The notes under the pieces are model-generated. The model ran no database searches. It had not been told where the DNA came from and was given only the letters and a program-made list of their open reading frames with translations. Positions 40,183 through 51,864 of a stretch of DNA of 64,000 nt are shown in pieces. Origin of the DNA: Lama guanicoe (Eukaryota); contig MU053561.1 in the NCBI GenBank assembly GCA_013239625.1, positions 2,434,283 through 2,498,282 on the forward strand, written 5' to 3'. Positions within the stretch are counted from its first letter, which is position 1. Each line of letters starts with the position of its first letter. The position numbers and the translations under genes were made by a program.

Positions 40183-40702
40183 AAGGAGGGAAGAGGAGAG
40201 CAGGGGAGAGAAAAAAAGAAGGAGAAGGGGAGAAAGAGAGAAAGAGAGATGGAGATGGGGTTTAGAAAAAATTGATTCACACGATTATGGAGGCTGAGAA
40301 GTCCCCAAGATTTGCAGTCAGGAAGCTGGAGACCCGGAGAGTTTAGGTTCAGTCTGAGTCCAAAGGCTTGAGAACCAGGAGAGCCAATGGTGTAGTTCCA
40401 GCCCGAAAGTTGGCAGACTCAAGACTTAAGAAGAGACGATGTTTCAGGTCAAGTCTGAAGGCAGGAAAAGACTGATGTCCCAGCTCAAGGGCAGCACAAG
40501 TTTCCTCTTGCTCAGCCTTTTTGTTTGATTTAGGTCTTCAGTTGATTGGATGAGGCCCACCCACACTAAGAAGGGTGATCTGCTTTACTGATTCAAATAT
40601 TAATCTCCTTCAGAAACATCCTCACAGACACACCCACAATGTGTGACCAAATGTCTGGGCACCCCGTGACCCAGTCAAGTTGACTCATAAAATTAACCAT
40701 CA
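40114..40702 (-). mobile_element. MLT2 (ERVL) LTR containing (GT)14 at 40155-40182
   Basis: TGTATCAGTCAGGGTTCTCTAGAAAGACAGAACCAATAGG start and CCAGTCAAGTTGACTCATAAAATTAACCATCA end are hallmark MLT2 termini. Confidence 0.85.
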
Positions 40703-42951
40703 AAGTGTCATAGGACTTACAAATATGATTAAGACAGTTTTGCCCTTGAAAAGCTTACAAAGTCGTGCCAGAGATAGATTAGAGACAAGGTAGAGAGAGA
40801 CAGTTGCTAAAATAAAGGCAAAGAACAGTGTTCAGGAAGAGTAGAGAGAGAATCTGTTGATTTTGTCTTGGCAGATCTGTAGGTGCGGCCACGTGAATAG
40901 CCTTGACTACAAGTTTGGATAACTGGTGATAAAGGAGAGGAGGGAAGTACACTTTGTAGGTGCAAGATGAACAGGGGTGTGTGTGCAGATGCATAGTGTA
41001 ATTATAACCAGCACTAGCTTGGGAGGTCTTGGACATCAGTCTGTCAAGTGAAAGATCATTAAAAAGCAAATTAAATCTTTGAAGTGGTGTTGAAGAAAAT
41101 GCCAAGGCAGGGGATGAGGTGTGTGGCACAGCTAAACGTCTATGATCCTCTTTCATAATTTCTCCCCCAGATCTCCCACGTGAGTGACCATGCATGGCAG
41201 CTACTCCAAAGGCTCTCTTCTCCCACACCCGAAAGCCCCCGAAACATCCTCCCAGCCCAGCCTATACACGTGTTCCTGTGTAACAGGAGGACTGCCTCCT
41301 CCTTTTTACCTATAATTTTTCTTCCATCAGTAGCTCTTTGTTCTTTATAAATTCAACTAGCTTAGCTTCTCCAGTTCTGTCCCTCATCCACTGCCTCCAT
41401 CTACTTTATACAGGCCTAGGAGCTAATCAGACAATTCCAAGTGTGCTTTGCTTGTGTATTTTTCCATTGAAAGCAGCAAATCAACAAGTCACTTGATGTG
41501 CATCCTATGAAAGGATGTAGTGGGAAATGAGGCTGGAAGGTAGCAATAAGGGCTAACAGCTATGGGTGTCTCCTGTGTGCCACGCAGTATTGAACTTTAA
41601 AGGCCATGCTGGTTAGTCTGAAGTTTACTCCACCGCCCTTGAAAGCCATGGAAGATGAGTGATCAGAAAACTGACACGTTCAGATTGTGCTTTAAGGTCT
41701 ACCGGTAAGATTAATGCACGTAAAACAGATGAGAGGCAGGAATACTGATAAGGAAGCTGAGAAGTCCAACTGAGCGAGAAGTGCTCAGCACCCATCATGT
41801 TGGACTTTTTTGCTGTAATAAAGAGAGGTTTGTGCAGACCATTTTAATATAAGGTGTTTGTTTAAAGGATACTCAGAGATTGGGACAGGAACTAGACCTG
41901 AAAACCTGCAGGATGGGGGTGGGGGACTCCCTTCATCTCTTCCTCTCATGGCATCTCCCTCATGTTTCTTTGGTTCTGCTCCACTCTCCTCTTGGGCTCA
42001 AAGACCCATCCTCTCCTTTAGCTTTACATCCAAACCACAGAAGGAGGCTCTCAAGAATATTCAGTTAATTACATCACCCCTCGAGCATCTTCAGTCAACA
42101 GTCTCCCCTACAGAAAGGAGAGCTGGTCAGTCTTTTACAGACTGAGTGGGCTACCAGCTGGACAAGTGGGAAAGCGGCAGTGGACATGGCAGTCATCATA
42201 ATTAATACTTCTATTTGTGATTTGTTTGGAGAAGAGGGTGTGACTTCTATCTTAGGCCAAAAATCAATTTAATTAAGTACTGTTCTTCATTATGCCACAG
42301 CTAGCGCTCTAACCTTGACCAAGTCACTTCTGTTCTCTCTGCCTTAGTTTCTTCATCATTCAAATGGAGATAAAGTAACAGCACTTTAGAACTTAGCATT
42401 CTTCAGAATTATCAGCCACATTACTTAACGTAAGATTTCACTCCTGTGCCACTTCCGGTTAACTAAGAATCACAATACCTCACACGTATAATTACAGTTT
42501 GCAAAGCAAGTTCACATCCATGTGATCTGATCCTCACAAGAGCTCTTTAAGGTAGGTAAGACAGATATCCTTACCTCCATTTTTCTGAGATCCTGAGACT
42601 TCTTCAAGGTCACATAGCTCTTAAGTGACAGAGCCAGGATTTGAATTCTCATCTTGAAACCCTAAGTCCAACACGTCCTCCTCTTGTTGGGTCTCAGCAT
42701 TTTGGTTGCTTGGTCTCAAAAAGCTATGGTGTAGTTTTTTATTTGCTATGGGCAGATCTGCAGTAGGTATCAAAACTCTTGTCTTCATGCTCTTTCTATT
42801 CCTCGTCTGTCCCCTTTTTTTTTATACCTCTCCTGTTTCGTGTATTTCTAATTTATTACAGAAGCCCCTGTTTGGCTTTTCAGTAACTAAGGATTTGGTT
42901 GTTGATTTTCCAAAGCTGCCTTGGCATTAACCCTTTGTTCCTGAATTGTAG

Positions 42952-43299
42952 GAAGACACTCCATCACAGTCACCACTAGCACCTCAGCGGGGAACCTCGG
43001 GGAGGATGGAATCCTGAGCTGCACTTTTGAACCTGACATCAAGCTTTCTGATATCGTGATACAGTGGCTGAAGGAAGGTGTTATGGGTTTGGTTCATGAG
43101 TTCAAAGAAGGCAAAGATGACCTGTCAGACCAGGACGAAATGTTCAGAGGCCGGACAGCAGTGTTTTCTGATCAAGTGATAGTTGGCAATGCCTCTCTGA
43201 GGCTGAAAAATGTGCAACTCACAGATGCCGGCACCTATAAATGTTACATCATCACTTCTAAAGGCAAGGGGAATGCTAACCTCGAGTATAAAACTGGAG
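42952..43299 (+). CDS. VTCN1: B7-H4 exon 3 (IgV domain)
   Basis: 348 nt, TAG acceptor, GAG/GTAAGT donor; encodes GRHSITVTTSTSAGNLGEDGILSCTFEPDIKLSDIVIQWLKEG...DAGTYKCYIITSKGKGNANLEYKTG with both Ig cysteines and the core tryptophan. Confidence 0.98.
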
Positions 43300-43780
43300 G
43301 TAAGTTACTTTTGAAGAGAGGGAAAGAAGGTGCCAGAAAATATTTGAGACTGAAGAGCATGACTTGCTGATAAAATGTCTTATTATGCCCATGAGTGACT
43401 AATAGCAGACAAAGACCACCCGAATTCTGCTAGCAGCCATCCTTGCTGTCCAAGACCCACACCAACTCCAAAAGTAACCCACTATAACATTGGGTCTTAA
43501 AATCTTTTATTCTGGACTCAACTTCTTCTAAATTTTCACATACATTCCCTGAAATATTTTGCCAAAAATATTTTACCTATACTTTTTTTCTCCATCAGTA
43601 GCTCTCTTCTTTCTCTTTCATGGTAGTGAGAGAAGCCAATAACCTGGCCTGAGACCTTTCTGTGCTAAGTAGGCCTGAACCCAAGTCTGAAATCAGTACC
43701 TCCAGGGACTCATGACACTAGAACCCATCAGAGGAGTGGTTCTGACTGACCAACGTAACTGACCAAAACAATACTGTCCT

Positions 43781-43917
43781 GGGGGAGGAGGGTGTAGCTC
43801 AGTGGTAGAGCACATGCTTAGCATGCACGAGGTCCTGGGTTCAATCCCCAGTACCTCCTCTAAAAATAAATAACCTAATTATCTCCCCCGCTTAGAAAAA
43901 ACAAAAACAAAAAAACC
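43781..43917 (+). mobile_element. tRNA-derived SINE (vic-1-like)
   Basis: A and B boxes, A-rich tail, TSD CAATA(C/T)TGTCCTG on both sides. Confidence 0.9.
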
Positions 43918-44584
43918 CAATATTGTCCTGTAAACTCACTAATCCTCCTCCAATGATATCCATGCTTCCTTACCAACTAAATTTAACATATGTTTTCTGA
44001 ATTTACGTACAAAGGACTCAAGAGAGAGATACTGTAAGGAGTGAAAAATGATTAAGGAAACAAAGATGATTGTCCCTCCTTCTGTAGAGCTCATAGTGTA
44101 GAGATTATGGGGTAGAGGGGTCAGGGCAGAGATAAGAAATATATGTAAATATCTATAATAATTGGTAAAGTGCATTAAATGCTTTAAAAGAAATGTAAAT
44201 AGAATGATTTGGGGATTCAGAGGAAACGAGAGATCACATCCAAATACACGGGGAGGAAAGGATAGGAAAGCCCTCATGGAGAGAATCCGACATTTGAGAG
44301 GAGCCTTGAAGGACAGGCAGAAGGCATCCGGAGCCCTCCTCGCCTAAGCTAGTCAGCACAGGCCTTTCTTGGACCCTTATGACGTGTGTAGGTAATGGTT
44401 TGAAGCACAGATCTAGAGTCAGACCTGGGCACGTACAGTGGCCTCGGCGAGGCAACCTCACCAAGTCTCAGCTTTTTCATCTTAAAACAAGGATTAACAG
44501 AGTCATGTCAAAGGGACACTGGAGCCACTTGATAGGGTTTCCAATGGCAAAGTTGAGACAATTTAAGCAATAAAATAAACAATA

Positions 44585-45345
44585 CAGTGTTAAATTATAA
44601 CTCCAAGTATAAAATGAACACACGAGTCCGTACTTATAGAAATAAGAGGGAGATGAAACAAATCTTCTTTACAGATGAATTTCAAATAATTCGCATTTAG
44701 CTCTCTCCCCCTCGATGTGGAGCCTAGACCTCTTCCACCCCTACAATTAGGGCATGTTAGACTCAGTGAGGTCTGGCTTCCAAAGAAACCCGGCAAACAC
44801 TGCCTCAGCCAGGTGACCAAGGTTAACATCCTCAGTGCTAAGTCATGTTGATAGCATGCACTGTCTGATGGGGTAGGATGAGAAGGACACTTAACTTCTA
44901 TAGTTTGTCTCTCCAAAACCCAAAACCTCAGTCTAATTAGAGGAAAACATCAGACAAATTCCAGTGGCAGGGCATCCCACAAAACACCTGACCAGTTCCC
45001 CTCAAAACTGTCAAGACCACGAAAAACGTGGAAAGATTGAGAAACTGTCACAGACCAGAGGACCTTAAAAAGACATGACAAATAAATGTAATCTGGTATT
45101 CTGGATGGGATCCTGGGATAGAAAATGGACATTAGTAGGGAAACTGGTAAAATCCAAATAAAGTCCAGAGCTGAGTTAATAGTAATATGTCAATAATAGT
45201 TTCTCAGTTTGGGCAAATGTGTCATGGTTATCCAAGATGTGAACACTGGGGGGAACTGGGCGAGGAGGACACAAGGGCTCTGTCCTATCTGTGTGACTTT
45301 CCTGTCAGTCTCAAATTATCCCAAAATTAAAAGCTTGGTTTTTTT
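44585..45345 (+). mobile_element. Old L1MC/L1MD-type 3' UTR
   Basis: Motifs CAGCCAGGTGACCAAGGTTAACATC, AAACATCAGACAAATTCCA and GGATGGGATCCTGG are typical of L1MC/MD 3' ends. Confidence 0.7.
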
Positions 45346-46345
45346 TAAATGGGCACAATAAGAGACATCCCTAGGACTGTTGAGGAACAAATGAAATAAT
45401 GTCTGGAATTTGGTCCCCAGCACAGAGCACACCCTCAGCAGATGGAGGTTCCTCGTCACGTCATGTCATGTCAGTTTCCCACATCCTCTCCCAGGAGCGT
45501 GTCCCTTGCCTGTTCCAAGGGTGTGAATCCCGTCTCCCCTGCTAGGCGGCAGGCGCTTTAAGGGCACAGCTTAAGGCCTTCCTTCCATCACTCACTCGGC
45601 ACTAGCACAGTCCTGGGCAAAGAAGGATGCTAAATAAATTAATCATTAAATCTTGCCATTTTGGCATCATAAACATTTTACAGGCCAAAGTCCAGGCCTC
45701 CATATTTTCTACAAGTGTCTCTCTGCCTAGATTGATGGGGAAGTTAGTCTTAATTTCAAAATGCAGTTGCTTGCACCCCCAGTGAGGAGAATCATCTTAG
45801 AAGAAAACAAATGCCTGTCTCTCTCCGTGGATACCAGGGCTGGCGGTCTCTTTCAAAGCGAACTCCAAGTCCCCAGGCTGACAGGGCCTGTGTGTGGAAT
45901 TTCTGTGGGTGACAGGTGAATGCTGTTTGTTCCCTCCTTCTCCCTCCGCACCCTAACCTTACCCTCCAGGCAGAAATATACATAAAATTCAGGAGGCTTC
46001 ATAGGTGCCTGGGAAAATACCCAACTTCCCTAATGGATAATCTTTTGGGGTAGGGGGGTCACTTGAACTCCTCTTACTCTGAGAAATCTATTTGTTGAAA
46101 CAGCTATACCGTGAACTTTAGGTCCTTGGAGTTTGTGATATTGGCCAAAGTGTTGTGATGGATGACAATACTATGAGCAAACCATTTTTTGCACCTACAG
46201 TACAATGGGTCCTACACAGACAGCCCACTGGGAAAGCACTGAGTCACTCCACTGTGTTTTGTTTTTAAGACCTAGCACTTCAAAGGCTATATTGTCTTAT
46301 CTGTCTGACCTTGACATCTGTCCTTTTTGACCCTCAACCCTGCAG

Positions 46346-46624
46346 CCTTCAGCATCCCAGAAATGAACGTAGACTATAATGCCAGCTCTGAGAGCTTACG
46401 ATGTGAGGCTCCCCGATGGTTTCCCCAACCTACAGTGATCTGGGCATCCCAAGTTGACCAGGGAGCCAACTTCTCTGAAGTCTCCAACACCAGCTTTGAA
46501 CTGAACTCTGAGAACGTGACCATGAAGGTTGTGTCCGTGCTCTACAACGTCACAATCAACAACACATATTCCTGCATGATTGAAAACGACATTGCCAAAG
46601 CCACAGGGGATATCAAAGTGACAG
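46346..46624 (+). CDS. VTCN1: B7-H4 exon 4 (IgC-like domain)
   Basis: 279 nt, TGCAG acceptor, CAG/GTGGGT donor; AFSIPEMNVDYNASSESLRCEAPRWFPQPTVIWASQVDQGANFSEVSNTSFELNSENVTMKVVSVLYNVTINNTYSCMIENDIAKATGDIKVT with many N-glycosylation sequons. Confidence 0.98.
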
Positions 46625-47470
46625 GTGGGTTCCTTCACACTTGTGGTATGTGTTTATTGGGGTAAGAATCAAATGTAAATTAAAAATGGAATTTCTTCAG
46701 CAGATACATTATGTACCAGGGCACAGAAAGTGTCACTGAAATCTTGATCACAATTCCAGTTGGGATTGCATCATGTAAGGAAAAAACTAACACAAAACAG
46801 CGTTTATGGCATATAGGTCAAAGGTGGCCATTAGTTTTCATCTTACATGCCCTCTTACTGCCTGGAGAGCAGTGTTTAGGATTCTGAGGCCCTGTCTAAC
46901 TCAGCAGGACTACTTTAGGAAAGCAGTGGAGAAGCGACGATTATCTGACATCTCTGATAGATTCCTCTGGTGATCTACACCTAAAGTTCCCCAGGACTGG
47001 TTTGGTTCTAGCCTGCCTTTGAGAAGGCTTTTGATTCAAAGACTAAAGGTCTGCCGTAATCTTATTCTGTCCTTCTGGGACTGGCTCATGATCCCTCTAA
47101 TACTGGCTCAAGATTAACCTGAAAGTTTCTAGATTGAGCTGGCCTCCCAGGCTGAGAAGTCCAGGAGCCGGAAAGGCCCAGCACCCTTGTCTCCCTTCAG
47201 TGCTTTAGTATATTACAAAACCTAGGGCTGAGCTAGTGTCAAGGAAATGCATAGATTGAATTATGAATTTTAAGACCATCTTTCTTTGGGTTAAACTGAA
47301 TTCAAGCTGTAGGGAAAGGAGTATGTCGGAAGAACTACTGTCTTATATCAAGCCTGGTACCAAGCAGAGTATCTTGCATTGCATATTTTAAGTGCCCTAT
47401 AAATGTTTGCTGAATTTAACTGAATAAAGAATATTTTCATCAGCTAGCTTTAAATTTAAAATTATATATA

Positions 47471-48467
47471 TGAAAGGCAACCTATGGAATGGGAGAAAAT
47501 ATTTGCAAATCATATATGTATAAGTGATTAATACCCAGAATACATAAAGAACTTCAATAATTCAACAACAAAGTCAAATAACCTGATTTAAAAATGGGCA
47601 AAGAAAAAAATGGGCAAAGGAATTGAATAGACATTTCTCCAAAGAAAATATACAAATGGCCAACAAGCATATGGAAAGATGCTCAATATCCTTAATCATC
47701 AGAGAGATGTAAATGGAAACTACACTATCATCTCATACCCATTAGAATGGCTACTAGGAAAAAAACAAACAGAAAATAACAAGTGTTGGTGAGGATGAGG
47801 ATGAGAAGAAACTAGAACCTTTGTGCATATTGGTGAGATTGTAAAATGGTGCAACCACAATGGAAAAAAGTATGGGAGCTTCCTCAAAAAATTTAGAAAT
47901 AGAACTACCATTTGATCCAACAGTCCCATTTCTATGCATATGTCTACAAGAACTGAAAGCAGTGTCTCAAAGATTTATTAGCACACCCATGTTCATAGCA
48001 GCATTATTTACAATAGCCAAGAGGAAGGAGCAGCCCCAATGTCCATCAACAGATGACTAGATAAACAAAATGTGGTATATACATACAATGGAATAGTATT
48101 CTGTCTTTAAAAAGGAAGGAAATCCTTTGGCATGCTACAACATGGATGAATTCTCGGGATATTGTGCTAAGTGAAATAAGCCAGTCACAGAAAGACAAAT
48201 AGTGTTTGATTCTACTTACATAAGGTGTCTAAAGTAGTCAAGTTCTAGAAACAGAAAGCAGAATGCTGGTTACCAGGAGCTAGGGGTAAGGGGAAAGATG
48301 AGGAGTTGTTTGATGGGTATAGAGTTTCAGATCTGCAAAATTAAAACATTTTGAAGATCTGCTTCACTAGAATGTGAATATACTTAACACTACCGAACCG
48401 TATACTTTAAAAAGGCTAAGATAGTAAATTCTATATTATGTGCTGTTTTACTACAATAAAAAAGTAA
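47471..48467 (+). mobile_element. L1MA/MB-type 3' fragment
   Basis: ORF2 C-terminal peptide (IELPFDPTVPFL...PMFIAALFTIAKR), 3' UTR with AATAAA, degenerate TSD TTTAAAATT(A/G)TATATA. Confidence 0.85.
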
Positions 48468-49299
48468 TTTAAAAATTGTATATACAAGAAAGAGAAGAGT
48501 TGTTCGACTATCCTGTGGAACAAATTGGTGATTGTACCAGTTGGAACATTTTTAGTTACTTAGAAAACAAAACCAACTCAAATAAGCCTAGACTAAAACT
48601 GGGAATTTATTAAAAGGGTATTAGGAGGTCTCATAAAACCAAGGACAGGAAGTGCAATAAGGCTTCAAGAACAGCTGGAACCGAGAACTTAAAGTCCATT
48701 GGGATTCTAATTTCTACTTTAGTCTCTTTGCTCTCTAATTGACTCACTCTTGTTTCAGACTATGGGGCAGAATATGGTTGCCAAGAGCACCTACCTTTAA
48801 AAGTCTCCTTCACTCAAGGGTTACTAGACTGAAGCTTAATTCCTCAGTCCTATTCAATTTTTCCAGAAAGGCTCTACTTGGGTCAGCTGCCCACACTTAG
48901 ACTAGTGAGGCAGTACCCGATGGAAGGCCTTCCCAGAAGAGAAGGGGGAAATGAAGCATCAGGTATTTAAAATAAAGAGTGTTAACAACAGTATCTCAGT
49001 TAAAAGCTCCAAACTGTATAACTAATGCCTTCTAACAGAAGTGGCAATAACTGAACAAACCACAGAACTTGAGCTCAACTTTTATGCAGTAAACAGGTTC
49101 TTTTTCCATACATGCTTACTGAATACATCAGAACATGTGTTCATGTGCAGCACTAGGATTATATACAACTTTTAGTAACATGACGTAGCTCAAAATTAAG
49201 ATAAAATAACATAATTCCTTCTTGTCATGCACAAAGTAAGTTTCTGAACAACTAAATGAAGCCATGGGGTTTACAGCCTGTGTTCTCTGAGTATACTGT

Positions 49300-49850
49300 A
49301 ATTTGGGTCATTCATTCAACAAGTATCTATTGAGTGCCAAATACATGCAAAGCAATTTTTAAGTCCCATGAAATACTAAGATGAATAGTACAATTGTCAT
49401 AAGAGAAGTTAACCACAGTGTGAATATGTTACCTAGAGGAACAAGTCATTAATTATGACTAGTGGCTCACTAGGTAAGAAAGAGTTCAAGCTGAGCTTTG
49501 AAGAAAAGGAAGGAAGGGTTTTGATAGAACAGAAAGGCATGAAATCACAATCCAATGTCAACGGCCAGGGGAGAATGATGAGGGCCGTAACCAGGGCAGT
49601 GACAATGGGAAGGAGAGGAGGAAGAATCAAACGTTAATGAAGAAAATAATCTACAGAACTTGGCGACAAAAATGTGAAGGACAAGAAGGAACAAGTCAAA
49701 GTGGGTCTGATATTTCTACCCAGGTTGCTTAGGAGGTTAGTAATGCTACCAACAAAAAACATGAAAATATCAGAAAAGCAACGTGTTTGGGAAAAAGGTG
49801 AAGAGTTTAGAGATGTTGAGTTGAAAATGCCCCTGTGTACAAAGGTGGGG
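49300..49850 (-). mobile_element. L2 fragment (other L2 pieces near 3730-4030 and 41500-41760)
   Basis: TCATTCATTCAACAAGTATCTATTGAGTGCC is the antisense L2 3' end, followed by purine-rich L2-like sequence. Confidence 0.6.
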
Positions 49851-51232
49851 CTGTCCGATGCTTAGCACATTACTTAGCACAAGTCTGGGGAGAATGCTTC
49901 ATCCCTGCTCCACATATTTCCTTCTACGAGAAGAGATCCCCACCAATGTAACCCTTCTAGCCTCTCTCTTCTCCCCTCTTTCATTCTTCCCCAGAGGAGG
50001 AGGAGTTAATTTATGTGACGTGAGTTTATTAGAAGTTGGGCGTAAGTAGCTCAGTTCAGAAGTATGCATTCTACTCTGCTCCTCGCAGCCATCAGTTGTC
50101 AGGGCAGAATCTGCCCTCGCGGAAGGAGGCCTGCCCCAGTCCTGTGCTGCCTGTCACTGGGGAAGTCCGGGCTGCAGCCCACTTCCCTGCAGACCAGGCG
50201 TAATCCTTAATCATCAGATTTATCAGTAACAGAGATGGTATTTCAGCCTTCCAGTTGCCTCTTTTTTTTTTTTGGGTCTTACTCTTTAATTGGTTCAAAA
50301 CTCAGCTGGAGAGAGAGTATTTATTGGACTCCTTTGAATCCAAAGAATAGGTGCTCAAGAATATTTGCTGAATAATTATACTTTTAACTGGCATACAGTA
50401 GCAACTGTAAATCCAGATGTGAAACTCAGAATTCAGGCCAAGGAGGTGGACTTGGAAATGATCAGCCTAATAGGAGCAATGTTTATGAGGCTTGAGTGGG
50501 GTTACTGTTGTTTTTAGAGCTAACACTCACCCGGTGCTTACTATGGTGCTAGGCACTCTTCTAACTGCTTTGCATGTATTAACTCATCAATCCTCATAAA
50601 AACCTTATGAAACAGATCATTACTATTTTAGCCCTGTTTTATAGATGAAGAAACTGAGGCACAAACAGATTGAGTAACTTGCCTAAACTTGCCTGAAGTC
50701 ACACAGTAAGTGTCAGAGCTGAAATGGACTAAATGACATTGGACTGTCTAAGGAGAAAACAGAGTAAAGAGTAATTTAATTTCTTCTGCCTTTCTCTACT
50801 TCAAAGTGAGAACAGTACTTTCTCATTACTTTGCAGTGGTGTGATGAAAGCAGATGGCACAGAACCTGTAAAGGTCACTGCCTAGAGGGAAAAATGTGCT
50901 CGAAACTAAGGACTGGCCACAGCTGTTTGTCTAGCCTATTCTTTATTTGGTAACCGAGAGCAATCTGTTTCTTGGCATGGTTTGCCGTTTGGCTGAGTGC
51001 TCACTGGTCTGGACTGCAGAATGGAACTGCTTTGAAGAAAAGGAAAGCTCTGCTGTTAAGCCAGTTACAAAAAAGGTGAAGAATGGGGTACAAAATTGCC
51101 CCCAAATTAGGGTACAAGTTATATTAGGAACAATTTATTCTGTTTTAGAGGTACTTTTCTTGCTAACCAGCCATGTGAAGAACACATCGGATTTTCCTCT
51201 ATGACCCTGAACATTTTTCTTTCCCTTTACAG

Positions 51233-51357
51233 ACTCTGAGATTAAAAGGCGAAGTCACCTACAGCTGCTGAACTCAAAGGCTTCCCTCTGTGTCTCTTCT
51301 TTTGGTGCCATCAGCTGGGTACTCTTGCCTCTCTGCCCTTACCTGATGCTAAAATAA
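51233..51357 (+). CDS. VTCN1: B7-H4 exon 5 coding part (stalk, C-terminal hydrophobic anchor, stop); exon continues to 51402
   Basis: TTTACAG acceptor; DSEIKRRSHLQLLNSKASLCVSSFGAISWVLLPLCPYLMLK then TAA at 51355-51357; donor CAG/GTGAGG after 51402. Exons 2-5 total 817 coding nt; adding a 32-nt exon-1 part gives 849 nt, or 282 aa. Confidence 0.97.
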
Positions 51358-51864
51358 TGTACACTGGCTGTACAGAAACATGCAAAGTCACTGGCACAAC
51401 AGGTGAGGTGAATTTCACGAGTGGTGTGGGGGATCCACTGTGTGTGTGTGCTTGTGTTCCTAACAAGAACCAAGCAGCCCCCAGCATCAGCCTCAGGGAG
51501 AAACATTTCATAATGCCAGGGCAGTAGGCATTATTTCCACTAGTATTGCGGAAGGTAAGCAATTGTTAACAGAGTACAGACCGCACTGACCGGCTTACAG
51601 GAAAAACAGCTCTATACAATTCAAGTATTTGTGTAAATTCAAATGCCTTTTCATTTATTGAGTCATCCATGAAGGTAAACATACCTCACTGAGGAGAAAG
51701 CCGTTTGGCCCTGACTCGTTACTCTGATCTCACGACAAAGCATCACTACATGAGCAAAATCCCTCCCAGTCCCCCCTGCTGGCTGGGACCTGACAAAGCC
51801 CTCTTGCTGAGACTTCTCTCCTGCTTCAGTCCTCTGGCTCTAATTTTCATCTTCCTTTGTTACC

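Noticed and set aside
43300..43370. Exon 3 read-through giving an IgV-only protein
   Set aside because: The donor GAG/GTAAGT is near-perfect and no canonical polyA hexamer follows closely; the ORF extension is expected by chance.
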